From: a virus
Taxonomy: Duplodnaviria > Caudoviricetes
Length of the DNA stretch: 64,000 nucleotides
Virus record (IMG/VR): IMGVR_UViG_3300032030_000015
Location: 1 to 64,000 of that record
Strand: one strand, 5' to 3'
The notes beneath the pieces were generated by a model that saw only the letters and a program-made list of their open reading frames with translations, was not told the origin of the DNA and searched no databases. This document shows positions 9,820 through 18,663 of the stretch, piece by piece. The position numbers were made by a program, and so were the translations under genes. The first letter of the stretch is position 1; every line of letters starts with the position of its first letter.

Positions 9820-10443
9820 TTAGAAGAACACTATCTTTGCAAAGTAGATAACTGCCGATGCGATGGCAATCATCTTCGCCCAGAAGAACAGCCATGCGCC
9901 ACCGCCTATCCACGACGGATAGTCTTTTGGTGCAACGTCCATCTTTTTAATCCGCTGCTTGAACAGCCATGAAGTGAACGTCTGCCATACGGCTTGCAGC
10001 ACAGACAGCAGCATGTAGATGGTTGCCAACGTAGCGCAGACGAGGAACGACTGCCATGTATGACCGGAAAATAGTACACCTGCCGCCATGATGATGAACA
10101 TCCAAGCCAACTGGTCTGCGCGGTCGCCAGCCTTCACGCTGCGTTCCTGATAGTAGTCGTACACTTCCTTCTCAGTGAGTGCATCGGATGTTGGTGACTC
10201 CTTTCCATTCATAAACTGCATGTGAATCTTTCTCAGATACTCGCCCATCTTCTGCCATGCCTCGATGGTCTTTTCGATAGGTGACACATACTCTGCTCCA
10301 GGCTGCTCGTCGTCATACTCTGGTGTTGTACTAAACTCGAAAGCACCACACTTCGGGCACTTGAATCCGTACTGCGGAGGATTGGACGTGTAGACTTTGT
10401 CACGCTCCATTTCCATCTTTGTTCCACATTTCTTGCAAATCAT
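9820..10443 (-). CDS. zinc-ribbon plus multi-TM protein
   Basis: CKKCG...CPKCG, three hydrophobic segments; start MICKK at 10443. Confidence 0.65.
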   Translation of the reverse strand: MICKKCGTKMEMERDKVYTSNPPQYGFKCPKCGAFEFSTTPEYDDEQPGAEYVSPIEKTIEAWQKMGEYLRKIHMQFMNGKESPTSDALTEKEVYDYYQERSVKAGDRADQLAWMFIIMAAGVLFSGHTWQSFLVCATLATIYMLLSVLQAVWQTFTSWLFKQRIKKMDVAPKDYPSWIGGGAWLFFWAKMIAIASAVIYFAKIVFF

Positions 10444-10528
10444 AATCCGTATAATTCGTTTAATTCGTTGTTTCTTTCTTGAAAAAAATCGGCGGGCGGT
10501 GCTGGCACGGCTGAAAGAATCCGTGGGT

Positions 10529-10607
10529 TTGACCTGCGGTCGAGTTCCGTCGCGACTCGGCAATGCTCAAGCGAGCTTGGCATTGCTCTCGCTGCTCCGT
10601 CACTTCA
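10529..10607 (-). repeat. dispersed palindromic element (intergenic copy)
   Basis: GCGAGAGCAATGCC...GCCGAGTCG...CGACCGCAGGTCAA on minus strand. Confidence 0.6.
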
Positions 10608-10654
10608 CGCTAACCCACACCGTCCGCCTGTCACGTGAGATTCAGAGGGTGGGA

Positions 10655-11218
10655 TTACTCGTTATCCCCGTTGTCGCCACCTCCGCCCTGGTTATCGTCG
10701 CCGGAGCCGGAGTCGTCGGTCTGCGAGTTGGTGCGCTGCACGGCGGCCTTCTCAGTGACCTTGCCGCTGGCGGTGACGCTGGCGCCCTGGGCCAGCAGCA
10801 GGTCGGTGAACTTCTGCTCCACCTCGGCATAGGCGCGGACGGTGACGCCGGCTCGCTGCACCAGGCCCGTGGCGTTCTCGGGGGTGATTTCGGTCACCGT
10901 CGGGTCGAGCTGCTTGGCACGCTCCAGGTTGATGTTGCCGCCCTTGATGTGGATGTCGGGATAGAGGCGCATGGCCACGTCCTGCCCGTTCTTCAGCTGG
11001 ATGGCGTTGCCCTGGGCCATGAGCTCGGCGGCGCACTCCACGAAGTTAGCCAGCACCGACTCGGCGGTCTGCTGCGGGATGGTGGGGTTGTGCAGCGAGA
11101 TGAAGTGGGCCAGGAACTTGGCGTCAACGGTTTTCACACTCTCGTTTACTGTGATGGTCTTCTGACCGGCGGTGCCGAATGCCTCGACGCCGTTGTTGAT
11201 TTGGATATCATACTCCAT
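10655..11218 (-). CDS. Bacteroidetes HU-related DNA-binding protein
   Basis: VECAAELMAQGNAIQL pattern, Gly/Asp tail GGGGDNGDNE; related to 42126-42647. Confidence 0.65.
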   Translation of the reverse strand: MEYDIQINNGVEAFGTAGQKTITVNESVKTVDAKFLAHFISLHNPTIPQQTAESVLANFVECAAELMAQGNAIQLKNGQDVAMRLYPDIHIKGGNINLERAKQLDPTVTEITPENATGLVQRAGVTVRAYAEVEQKFTDLLLAQGASVTASGKVTEKAAVQRTNSQTDDSGSGDDNQGGGGDNGDNE

Positions 11219-11274
11219 AATCTAACTGTTTTTTTGGTTTAACTTAAAATGAACTGTAATATGTAGCAAAAATG

Positions 11275-11341
11275 CTTTTACCTCGTAGAAGGTTCGGGCT
11301 TTTACCTCGTGAAAGGTATGGGCTTTTACCTGGTGAAAGGT
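11275..11341. repeat. three 24-bp tandem repeats
   Basis: CTTTTACCTCGTAGAAGG / CTTTTACCTCGTGAAAGG / CTTTTACCTGGTGAAAGG. Confidence 0.8.
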
Positions 11342-11355
11342 TTTCGGAGGGGGGC

Positions 11356-11934
11356 TTACTCCGGATTAACGAGCACCCAGTCTTCGCTCAGGATGTCGGT
11401 CTGCGATGCGAGCCAGCCGGTGAGTATCTTGCCGTCGGCGGTCAGCATACGGATGGAGCCGAGCGCCTCGATGCTGCCGCCGTTCTTCTCGGCCAGCGCC
11501 TTCAGGTGCGGCTCCTTGCACCACTCGGCCTTGACCATTGCGGGCTGCATCAGCCACAGGTACATACCCTTGCCGTTCCAACCACGGCGGGCTACCATCT
11601 TGCCGTGCTTCAGGGCTTCAATAGCATCACCAAAAGTCATACCCTTCGCTTCATCGGCAGCCTCCATGTAAGTCTGCTCGAAGATGTCTGGCTTGCAAGG
11701 ATAGAACTCGCCCTTCACGCCCTTGATGATGAAGTCGTTCCAGTCAGCCTTCATGTCGCCCTCCAGAGTGTGAATGATCAACTCGGTAACACTGGAACTG
11801 GTTCCTGAGCCATTGTCGCTTCTGCGTGTATCAAACTTTGCAGCCTCGCCTGCAAATGCCTGAATCTCCTGTCCGTTCATTCCCGTCCATTGGATTGCCT
11901 CGATAGTCACGGGCTTCTTTGTAAATTTACTCAT
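11356..11934 (-). CDS. two-domain protein with C-terminal DUF2829 (Tad2-like) domain
   Basis: MTFGDAIEALKHGKMVARRGWNGKGMYL...GWLASQTDILSEDW; N-terminal KKPVTIEAIQW...YPCKPDIFEQTY domain. Confidence 0.75.
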   Translation of the reverse strand: MSKFTKKPVTIEAIQWTGMNGQEIQAFAGEAAKFDTRRSDNGSGTSSSVTELIIHTLEGDMKADWNDFIIKGVKGEFYPCKPDIFEQTYMEAADEAKGMTFGDAIEALKHGKMVARRGWNGKGMYLWLMQPAMVKAEWCKEPHLKALAEKNGGSIEALGSIRMLTADGKILTGWLASQTDILSEDWVLVNPE

Positions 11935-11970
11935 ACTTGTTTTGAAATCTAATCTGTTAATACTATTGCG

Positions 11971-12228
11971 TTACTTCGTCTTCGTCCAGTTGACGTAGTT
12001 GTCGAAGAACGTCTCTGTCTCGGCGTAGCGGTGGATGCCTCCGTCGGCGGGTTCCTGTGCGAAGTCCTCCTCCAGCGCGTCGGCCAGCATGCGGGCAGCC
12101 TTGACGCTGCCACGGGCGTACTGCTTCATCTCCTCCTTGTCGGCGCTCAGACCCTCGGAGTCCTTGTGAGCCACTACAGAGGCCATAATCTTCTGCGCTG
12201 CCTCTGCGATAAATTCCTTGTAAATCAT
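11971..12228 (-). CDS. hypothetical protein
   Basis: ORF with A-rich leader. Confidence 0.65.
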   Translation of the reverse strand: MIYKEFIAEAAQKIMASVVAHKDSEGLSADKEEMKQYARGSVKAARMLADALEEDFAQEPADGGIHRYAETETFFDNYVNWTKTK

Positions 12229-12281
12229 AATCGTTGAAATTTTAATGTTGTTAATAATGTGCCTTGCGGCGTAAATGTTAT

Positions 12282-13001
12282 TCAGTGTTTACGATTCTTC
12301 TTCCTTGACTGCTTCTGCGCCTTGGCCTTTGCCTTGCGCTTCTTCTTGTTGACGGGGCTGGGCGGCGTGTAGTTCGTGCAGCGACCGAACCGCTCGTAGT
12401 CCTCACGGCTCAGCCGGCCAATCGCCCCCACCATTTCGGGGCTGGCGTTCGCTCCGATGTCGGCATTGCGTTCTGCCACCTGCCGCAGCTTCTCCACCTC
12501 CTCAGCGCTCAGGTAGTCAACGTAGTGCCGACCATCACGGTACATATACGAAATCTCGTAGCCCGAAAGGTCGTGCTGCTCGCCGCTCTTGTCGCACACC
12601 TTGCCGAGTATCTCCAGCAGGTGATGGCCGTCCTGGCGGATGGCATCCTCGATGTGCTTGGGGAATCCGAAGACAAAACTGCTGTCGTAGAGCGTCACCA
12701 GCCTCTTCTCGCCGTCCACGCTCCAGAAGCCGCCGCCGTCGCACAGCCTGTCACGTATCTCCCGTTGCGAGAGCAGCGTGCGGTGCATGTCAACGTATCG
12801 GGCACGGAACTCGTAGAGCGGTCCGTTCTTCACGATGACGTACTTCGGCTCCAGCTTTTCGCGCAAGTGTTCACGCTCCATCAGTTCCTCAAAGTCGGGC
12901 TCCGTAGGATTGCCAACCAGTTTCTTGAATCTCTCGTCGATGCCTTCCTCGGCATTTGCTCCGAGCACGTCCCGGAGTCTGTCATACATTAGGTCTTGCA
13001 T
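12282..13001 (-). CDS. hypothetical protein with basic C-terminal tail
   Basis: ORF ends KKKRKAKAKAQKQSRKKNRKH. Confidence 0.65.
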   Translation of the reverse strand: MQDLMYDRLRDVLGANAEEGIDERFKKLVGNPTEPDFEELMEREHLREKLEPKYVIVKNGPLYEFRARYVDMHRTLLSQREIRDRLCDGGGFWSVDGEKRLVTLYDSSFVFGFPKHIEDAIRQDGHHLLEILGKVCDKSGEQHDLSGYEISYMYRDGRHYVDYLSAEEVEKLRQVAERNADIGANASPEMVGAIGRLSREDYERFGRCTNYTPPSPVNKKKRKAKAKAQKQSRKKNRKH

Positions 13002-13022
13002 ACTTCTCTTCCTTTTTATCTG

Positions 13023-13358
13023 TCATTTCATCCCCTTGTAAATATTCTCCAGTTCCTTGTCGGAGGCCTGCTGGTTCTGCTTCAGCACGTCGATGAAGCG
13101 GTCTCGCCCCAGCCGGCGGTAGTGCTTCACGAAGTCGCTGCGTACCAGGTCGGCAGGCTCGCCCGGCTCGATGGCCTTCTCGCGTCCGGCCCGTTCCGCC
13201 TCGATGGAGCACTCGAAGATGTCCTTGCCCTCCTTGTTCACGATGATGTACTCATGTCCGTTGATCCTGGCACGCCCGTAGTGGCGGGCTACCGAAAACT
13301 GACTGCTGGCCCAGAACTCTTCGGCCATGCAAATCGGGAAATGTTGTTCTGTCTGCAT
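13023..13358 (-). CDS. hypothetical protein
   Basis: ORF in operon. Confidence 0.65.
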   Translation of the reverse strand: MQTEQHFPICMAEEFWASSQFSVARHYGRARINGHEYIIVNKEGKDIFECSIEAERAGREKAIEPGEPADLVRSDFVKHYRRLGRDRFIDVLKQNQQASDKELENIYKGMK

Positions 13359-13386
13359 AATCTCATTCTTTTTTTATTCTTCATTG

Positions 13387-13590
13387 TTACTCCTCGTCGA
13401 ACTCGATGTCGCCGTGGTCCACGATTTCCGCTGCCACGGCGCGGACGTATGCCCTGCAGGTTTCCTCCACCTGCGGCGAACCCTTGGCGGCTTTCAGCTT
13501 CGCATCCCACTCGCCCACGATGTTATGCTCTGCGGTGAACACCGCGCTCACGATGGGCATCCAGTGCCCGATGGCTTCTTCTTTGGTCAT
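13387..13590 (-). CDS. hypothetical protein
   Basis: ORF in operon. Confidence 0.55.
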   Translation of the reverse strand: MTKEEAIGHWMPIVSAVFTAEHNIVGEWDAKLKAAKGSPQVEETCRAYVRAVAAEIVDHGDIEFDEE

Positions 13591-13612
13591 GCGTCGTATT
13601 CCTTTTAATTTA

Positions 13613-14002
13613 TTACTCCTTACTCTTCTCAGCCCTTGTGCGGTACATCCTCACCTCGCACTCGTCGCTGAACTCGCTCTTGATGAAGGCCAGCTGCTCC
13701 AGGATGTACTGCTCGCGCTCGGCGATGACTTTCCTCAGCTGCTCGGCGTCCTCGAAGCGGTCCTCGTCCACGGCCTGCTGCATCTCCTCGGCCAGCCGCT
13801 TCACCGCCTCCTGGTTCTCCTTGATGTTGCCGTCAATCATCATGGCGAACATCATCCGCTGCGTGCCGTGCAGGCTGTCCGCCTTGCGCATCATCTGCCG
13901 CATGTAGCGGAACGTCACGATGGCCAGGGCTATCAGCACCGCGTAGGCCACGCTCACAATCAGGTTCACGAAAATCTGTAGTGTCTGCATAGTGCTATTC
14001 AT
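13613..14002 (-). CDS. membrane protein with UvrB/UvrC-like (UVR) motif
   Basis: TM helix then EEMQQAVDEDRFEDAEQLRKVI. Confidence 0.65.
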   Translation of the reverse strand: MNSTMQTLQIFVNLIVSVAYAVLIALAIVTFRYMRQMMRKADSLHGTQRMMFAMMIDGNIKENQEAVKRLAEEMQQAVDEDRFEDAEQLRKVIAEREQYILEQLAFIKSEFSDECEVRMYRTRAEKSKE

Positions 14003-14017
14003 TTTATTGTTAATACT

Positions 14018-14788
14018 CTATTCCAGCACCTTCATTTCCGCTGGGTGCAGCGCCTCGAAGTTCTTATACAGCCGGCAGCCACGGCAGGGCCTGGACTGGC
14101 GCATCTTGCGGAACGCCTCGTCGCAGCCGTCGCCGACGTGGGCCACCGCAGGGCAGAGCCACGACTCCGACATGTGTATCGCCCCGTCGGGGTCTATCAG
14201 CGGACGGCAGAACTTCGCCGCCCCGACCGCCATCGCGAGGAACTGCTGCATCGACCGCGCCTGCACCGCCAGCAGGTGGCTGTTGATGCACGACGGCACA
14301 TGGTCGCTCTCCGCCGTCTCCCGCTGGCAGTTCTTCCGCGCACGGCCCAGGTCCTGCATGAAGATGGGGCTGCGGAAGTCGGGCGTGCAACCGATAGAGC
14401 GGAACTGCTGCTCGTGCTCCACCGTCCACTCGTGGTCGGGGTAGTAGAGCGGGTTTGAATAGACCTGCACCTTCACCCTGCCTTTCGACTCCCTTACGAG
14501 CCGCGCCATCCTGAGCCGCTGCTCCTTGTCCTCAATCCACGCACCGTTGGTCAGGATGCTCAGCACCTTGACGCTCTTGATGCGTAGCAGCTCGCGGGTC
14601 CACTCGGCCCACTCGGGGTGCTCCGTCGGCTCGCCGCCCGTGACGTTGACCACCCACGGCCCCGCCTCGCTGACGAACCTGAGCACCTCGTCGAACGTCT
14701 CTCTCGTCATGTGCCGCCCCCGGGCCGTCGCCTCCTGCATGCAGTGCTTGCAGCCCATGTGGCAGCGTGATGTCAGCATGATTAGCAT
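14018..14788 (-). CDS. radical SAM protein
   Basis: CHMGCKHC, TGGEPTEHP, LTNG, C-terminal CRGC. Confidence 0.85.
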   Translation of the reverse strand: MLIMLTSRCHMGCKHCMQEATARGRHMTRETFDEVLRFVSEAGPWVVNVTGGEPTEHPEWAEWTRELLRIKSVKVLSILTNGAWIEDKEQRLRMARLVRESKGRVKVQVYSNPLYYPDHEWTVEHEQQFRSIGCTPDFRSPIFMQDLGRARKNCQRETAESDHVPSCINSHLLAVQARSMQQFLAMAVGAAKFCRPLIDPDGAIHMSESWLCPAVAHVGDGCDEAFRKMRQSRPCRGCRLYKNFEALHPAEMKVLE

Positions 14789-14801
14789 AATTTATTCCTC
14801 C

Positions 14802-15227
14802 TTATCCCCTGAATATGTGCAGGGCTTTTGCATGTTCAACAAGTTCGTTGTAGCGCTTTTCCAGCCTCTCCCAGATGGCGGCCTCCTTCTTGCCGTAGTC
14901 CGCGTCGTAGATGTCGATGCTCATCAGGTCGAACAGCGCCGCTTCAAGTTCGCGGGAGAAGTCGGCGTTCATAATGTTGCCTTTATGGTACTTGTCGCGG
15001 TGCGCCGCCATCTTCTCCATGATGCGCTGCGTTTCGAGCGATATGGGATAGACGATGGTGTCCTTGCTGCACCAGTGCTCAATGGAATGGCTGTGCAGAC
15101 GGTACTCCTCGTCCACGTAGCACAACTGCGCATCGCTGTCATACACATAGGTCCCAGGCTCGACCGAGCCTAACTCTACCATCGGTTTCTCGTAGTAAAC
15201 CGGAAGTTTCTTTTCTTCGTTTGCCAT
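14802..15227 (-). CDS. hypothetical protein
   Basis: ORF with AAAAGCTAC leader. Confidence 0.65.
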   Translation of the reverse strand: MANEEKKLPVYYEKPMVELGSVEPGTYVYDSDAQLCYVDEEYRLHSHSIEHWCSKDTIVYPISLETQRIMEKMAAHRDKYHKGNIMNADFSRELEAALFDLMSIDIYDADYGKKEAAIWERLEKRYNELVEHAKALHIFRG

Positions 15228-15242
15228 AATTCTCGTAGCTTT

Positions 15243-15533
15243 TTATAATCCTATAATAATTCTTTTCTCTGCCGGTATCATTTCGATGATTTCCTGCATG
15301 GTCGGGGCCGGACGGTCGCCGAGCAGTTCTTTCAGCAACTCGTCGGGCCACCTAAACTCGTGAGTCCATACCGGGCGGCCCAGCGCTTCCTCTATGGCCT
15401 TGTGGAATATGTCCATCGGCACGCACAGTTTCCGCTGCTGCAGTTGGAACTCGGCTATCTGCCGCGCCGTCCATCCCTCATAGCCCTTGTTCTCGGCAAA
15501 GGCTATCGCCTGTTCTCTTGTCAGTTGCTTCAT
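15243..15533 (-). CDS. phage hypothetical protein
   Basis: FQLQQRKLCVP...EEALGRPVWTHEF; AAAAGCTAC leader. Confidence 0.7.
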   Translation of the reverse strand: MKQLTREQAIAFAENKGYEGWTARQIAEFQLQQRKLCVPMDIFHKAIEEALGRPVWTHEFRWPDELLKELLGDRPAPTMQEIIEMIPAEKRIIIGL

Positions 15534-15546
15534 AATGTCGTAGCTT

Positions 15547-15837
15547 TTAAATTCCTAATCTTGATTCAATACTCATCATCAGTTTTATTCTCTCGGTTAT
15601 GTCAATACGAAAGGTCTCGTCGTTCACGTCGCCATACTTGTTGAAGCGTATAAGCGTTTCCTCATACAGCTTTGCGTCAATGCCTTGGCTCAGTGCGGCC
15701 TTTGCGGCCATTATGGCGAGACGCTTATTCACAAACTTCGTCTCGTCGCCGTCGGGCAATGCTATAATCCACGTGTTCTGCGTCCGGACACGGGTAACAT
15801 TCCCCAGCGTTCCAACAGCCTTGTATTTGTTTGACAT
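15547..15837 (-). CDS. hypothetical protein
   Basis: start MSNKYK at 15837. Confidence 0.6.
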   Translation of the reverse strand: MSNKYKAVGTLGNVTRVRTQNTWIIALPDGDETKFVNKRLAIMAAKAALSQGIDAKLYEETLIRFNKYGDVNDETFRIDITERIKLMMSIESRLGI

Positions 15838-15848
15838 AACTTTCGCAT

Positions 15849-16211
15849 TCAATATTCCTTGTCCTTGTCGTAGATGGTGTCGCAGAACCATGTGTCGCCG
15901 TTGGCACGGACGCACATCTGCAGGTTCGCTATGTACGGTTCGCCCTCGATGGTAAACTCGCGTCCTCTCGGATTGATCATCTTCGCACCAGGCTTCAGCG
16001 CATCGAGGAACGCCTTGAAACCGTAGCTCGTAAACACTTTCAGACGGTAGCCCTTCGCCGTCCCCGTGAAGTCATAGGCTATCAGCCCCGTACCCATCAT
16101 GTCGGCCACGGCCTGAGCCTTTGCGGCCAGCGTCGCAGCGTTGTCGGTTGTCACTACCAGGTCCTGACACATCACGTCAGGCACCAGTCTCTTGAAATCA
16201 TTCTTTGTCAT
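15849..16211 (-). CDS. hypothetical protein
   Basis: ORF with AAAAGCTAC leader. Confidence 0.65.
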   Translation of the reverse strand: MTKNDFKRLVPDVMCQDLVVTTDNAATLAAKAQAVADMMGTGLIAYDFTGTAKGYRLKVFTSYGFKAFLDALKPGAKMINPRGREFTIEGEPYIANLQMCVRANGDTWFCDTIYDKDKEY

Positions 16212-16256
16212 TCTCGTAGCTTTTTAATTTGTTAATACTATATATTCCAGTCTCTC

Positions 16257-16580
16257 TCACGCCTCGCCGACGGGAGCCATCGGAGTTTTTGCCTCGCCCT
16301 TCGCGCCGTCGGGCGCCAGCGTCTTCAGCAGCCGCTGCAGCAGGTCGGCGGCGATGTCCTGCGCAAACCGGCGGCGGTCCACCCTCGGGTTGTCGCCCAG
16401 CAGCTGCTCGGCACCCATGCGCATCATCTCGCGCCCCACGAGTATCATCTCGTGCTGCTTCACCTGCCGCTTCGTCAGCGCCCTGAGAGCCGCGTCCAGC
16501 AGCTTCTCCATCCGTTCGTTAGTCACCGTCAGTTCCATCTGCCGCTGCTCCTGCGTCTTCGTCTCTGTCTTCTTTGCCAT
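16257..16580 (-). CDS. hypothetical protein
   Basis: first ORF after leftward promoter and structured leader. Confidence 0.6.
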   Translation of the reverse strand: MAKKTETKTQEQRQMELTVTNERMEKLLDAALRALTKRQVKQHEMILVGREMMRMGAEQLLGDNPRVDRRRFAQDIAADLLQRLLKTLAPDGAKGEAKTPMAPVGEA

Positions 16581-16619
16581 AGTCGTTTACACCTTATTTA
16601 TTATATATATACATAGAAA

Positions 16620-16790
16620 ATCGGTCGCAACTTCGCGCTGTCAAGTCCATCTCAATGCTGTGACTCCGGGGTCCTTATCGTAGCCCGACGCGGTTGCAAC
16701 CGATATTGTTCTCGTCTCTCTTATGCTTGTTGGTGGCAAAGCTGCCGCTCTGTTTCTGTGCGAGGCCTTGCGCCTGCATTGAGGTGGTTT
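16620..16790 (-). ncRNA. structured leader / putative C4- or CI-like antisense RNA (leftward)
   Basis: Closing stem ATCGGTTGCAAC/GTTGCGACCGAT, GACTTGACAGCGCG core, internal segment complementary to its own 5' leader; paralog at 16915-17102. Confidence 0.5.
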
Positions 16791-16797
16791 GACGGTG

Positions 16798-16805
16798 CAA
16801 AGATA
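16798..16805 (-). promoter_or_regulatory. Bacteroidetes sigma70 -7 element (TATCTTTG), leftward
   Basis: TAnnTTTG consensus; part of a 16-bp inverted repeat with 16903-16918. Confidence 0.7.
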
Positions 16806-16902
16806 AGTAAAAATTTTTGTCTTCGTTTGTCTTTTGTGTTAATTCATGTAAATTGATTATAATTTTCTGATTACATCATGTTAATAAACGGAGTCTTTAT
16901 CG

Positions 16903-16910
16903 TATCTTTG
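16903..16910 (+). promoter_or_regulatory. Bacteroidetes sigma70 -7 element (TATCTTTG), rightward
   Basis: TAnnTTTG consensus. Confidence 0.7.
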
Positions 16911-16914
16911 CACC

Positions 16915-17102
16915 GTCAGACATCCGTGCGGACTGAGACAAGCCGCACCTTGCCACAGCGAACCAGGGCGGCGGTTTCTTTTCTTTGTAGTGCCATAAGT
17001 ATTAGTAATAATGACCCATCGGCCGCACCGCGCCGGGAGGACTAAAGGACCCCCGAGTCTGCACGGAGACTTGACAGCGCGTAGTGTGGCCGATACTTTT
17101 TT
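16915..17102 (+). ncRNA. structured leader / putative C4- or CI-like antisense RNA (rightward)
   Basis: Closing stem ATCGGCCGCAC/GTGTGGCCGAT then T-run; AGTCTGCACGGA complementary to leader TCCGTGCGGACT. Confidence 0.5.
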
Positions 17103-17109
17103 GTGACCT

Positions 17110-17277
17110 ATGAAATACCTGGTGATATGCAACGACAAGTCCGCTTTCTGGACTGAGTGGTACACATACGAAAACATGTGGAACGGCGAGACGATCCATT
17201 GCGTGGTCGATGTCGCCGCCGACAAGGTGACATTCAACGGATGCGACTGGCAGGAAGTGGAATATGATCATCTGTAA
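17110..17277 (+). CDS. small hypothetical protein (55 aa)
   Basis: Manual translation MKYLVICNDKSAFWTEW...EYDHL. Confidence 0.55.
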   Translation: MKYLVICNDKSAFWTEWYTYENMWNGETIHCVVDVAADKVTFNGCDWQEVEYDHL

Positions 17278-17289
17278 GGAGGAACGGCT

Positions 17290-17583
17290 ATGACAGAACT
17301 CAATCATGGTATGCTCACCTACAAGGACGACCCGAACCCGCACATCGGCAACGGGCCGACGTGGCCGGAGTTCCTAAAGGCGTGGTGCGACATGGAGGCG
17401 AAAGGCTGGCCGGAGGTCGGAACAGAGCCGCCGCCCGCAGAGATAACCGTTACAAAGGAGCAGCGGGAAAGGCTGAAAGCCCACATCGCCAAGATGATGG
17501 ATAAACCATCGACGGTCGCAAAGCTGAATATCACGTCGGCAGATATCGTCAAGGCAGTGAGAAAGAGACTAAGAAAGGAATAG
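17290..17583 (+). CDS. hypothetical protein
   Basis: ORF in rightward operon. Confidence 0.6.
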   Translation: MTELNHGMLTYKDDPNPHIGNGPTWPEFLKAWCDMEAKGWPEVGTEPPPAEITVTKEQRERLKAHIAKMMDKPSTVAKLNITSADIVKAVRKRLRKE

Positions 17584-17741
17584 CCTATGCCTTACTACAG
17601 AATTGTGATGCGTGTTTACTCCCCAGAGGAGTTGGACGAACAACAGGTGATAGACTTGCTGGTGGACGACTTTAAGAACAAGCTCGGAGCACGGCAGGTT
17701 AGGGGAATCAAAATCCATAAGAACGATAACGAATAGCCACC

Positions 17742-18575
17742 ATGTCAAACGAGTTTATTTCCCGCAAAGAGTGGATGCACCGGCACGACGAGGAGATGCG
17801 GCGCGACTATCCCGACCGGCTGACCGCCGACATGGCCGAGGAGATGGACGTGAACTACTACACCGTGTCGCGCCGCGCCGCACGGCTCGGAGTGGGCAAG
17901 AGCGAGGCGTTCATGCACACCGCCTTCAAGAAGGGCGCCAAGGGCGGCTGGCGGGTGAAGGGTGAGGGCCGCGCGAAGTGGAAGGCGGCCGCCGACGAGT
18001 ACATGAAGGCGCACTTCGCCACGACGAAGAACGACGAACTGGCCGCCACGCTGGGCACCGACCCGAAGACCATACGGCGCTGGGCACGGCGGCTGGGGCT
18101 GGTGAAGAGCGACGAGTTTATGCGAGAGGCCCGCAGCCGTGGGCACGCCAAGATACGTCAGGGCTACTACACGCCGGAACACCTGGCATGGCGCGAGCAG
18201 CGCATCCGCGAGGTCTATCCTGACGGCGACGCGGAGCAGATAGAGGCGCTGTGCAAGGAACTGGGGTGCAGCAGGGGATGGCTGGAGAAACTGGCGCATG
18301 ATGCAGGCATCCGCCGCACGAAGGAAGCCTGGAGCCGTGCCAGCAAGGAAGGTCATCTGAAGAGCGGCAACACGAAGTACACGCCGGAAGTCATCGCTGA
18401 GATAGCCGACTACTACCCCGACCACACCAAGCAGGAGATAGCCCAGCGCTTCGGCATCAGCCCCGGCGTCATCGGACGGCTGGCCGTGCTGCACGGCTGG
18501 CGCAAGAGCCGCGAGCATATCCGCCGCATCCGCAGCGAGACAAACCGGGCGTGGCATGAGAGGAAGAAAGACTGA
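17742..18575 (+). CDS. protein with four tandem helix-turn-helix-like repeats
   Basis: Four ~65-aa repeats of (Y/F)P...LA..LG....I.R.A..LG..KS. Confidence 0.7.
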   Translation: MSNEFISRKEWMHRHDEEMRRDYPDRLTADMAEEMDVNYYTVSRRAARLGVGKSEAFMHTAFKKGAKGGWRVKGEGRAKWKAAADEYMKAHFATTKNDELAATLGTDPKTIRRWARRLGLVKSDEFMREARSRGHAKIRQGYYTPEHLAWREQRIREVYPDGDAEQIEALCKELGCSRGWLEKLAHDAGIRRTKEAWSRASKEGHLKSGNTKYTPEVIAEIADYYPDHTKQEIAQRFGISPGVIGRLAVLHGWRKSREHIRRIRSETNRAWHERKKD

Positions 18576-18600
18576 AAGTGTTTGTGTTGTTATATAAATC

Positions 18601-18638
18601 GAGAGTGCAGGATGGCCGTCACGGCTGCCTGCACTCTC
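18601..18638. terminator. hairpin between convergent genes
   Basis: GAGAGTGCAGG...CCTGCACTCTC inverted repeat. Confidence 0.6.
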
Positions 18639-18663
18639 TTGCTACACAAATAAATGAATCCGT

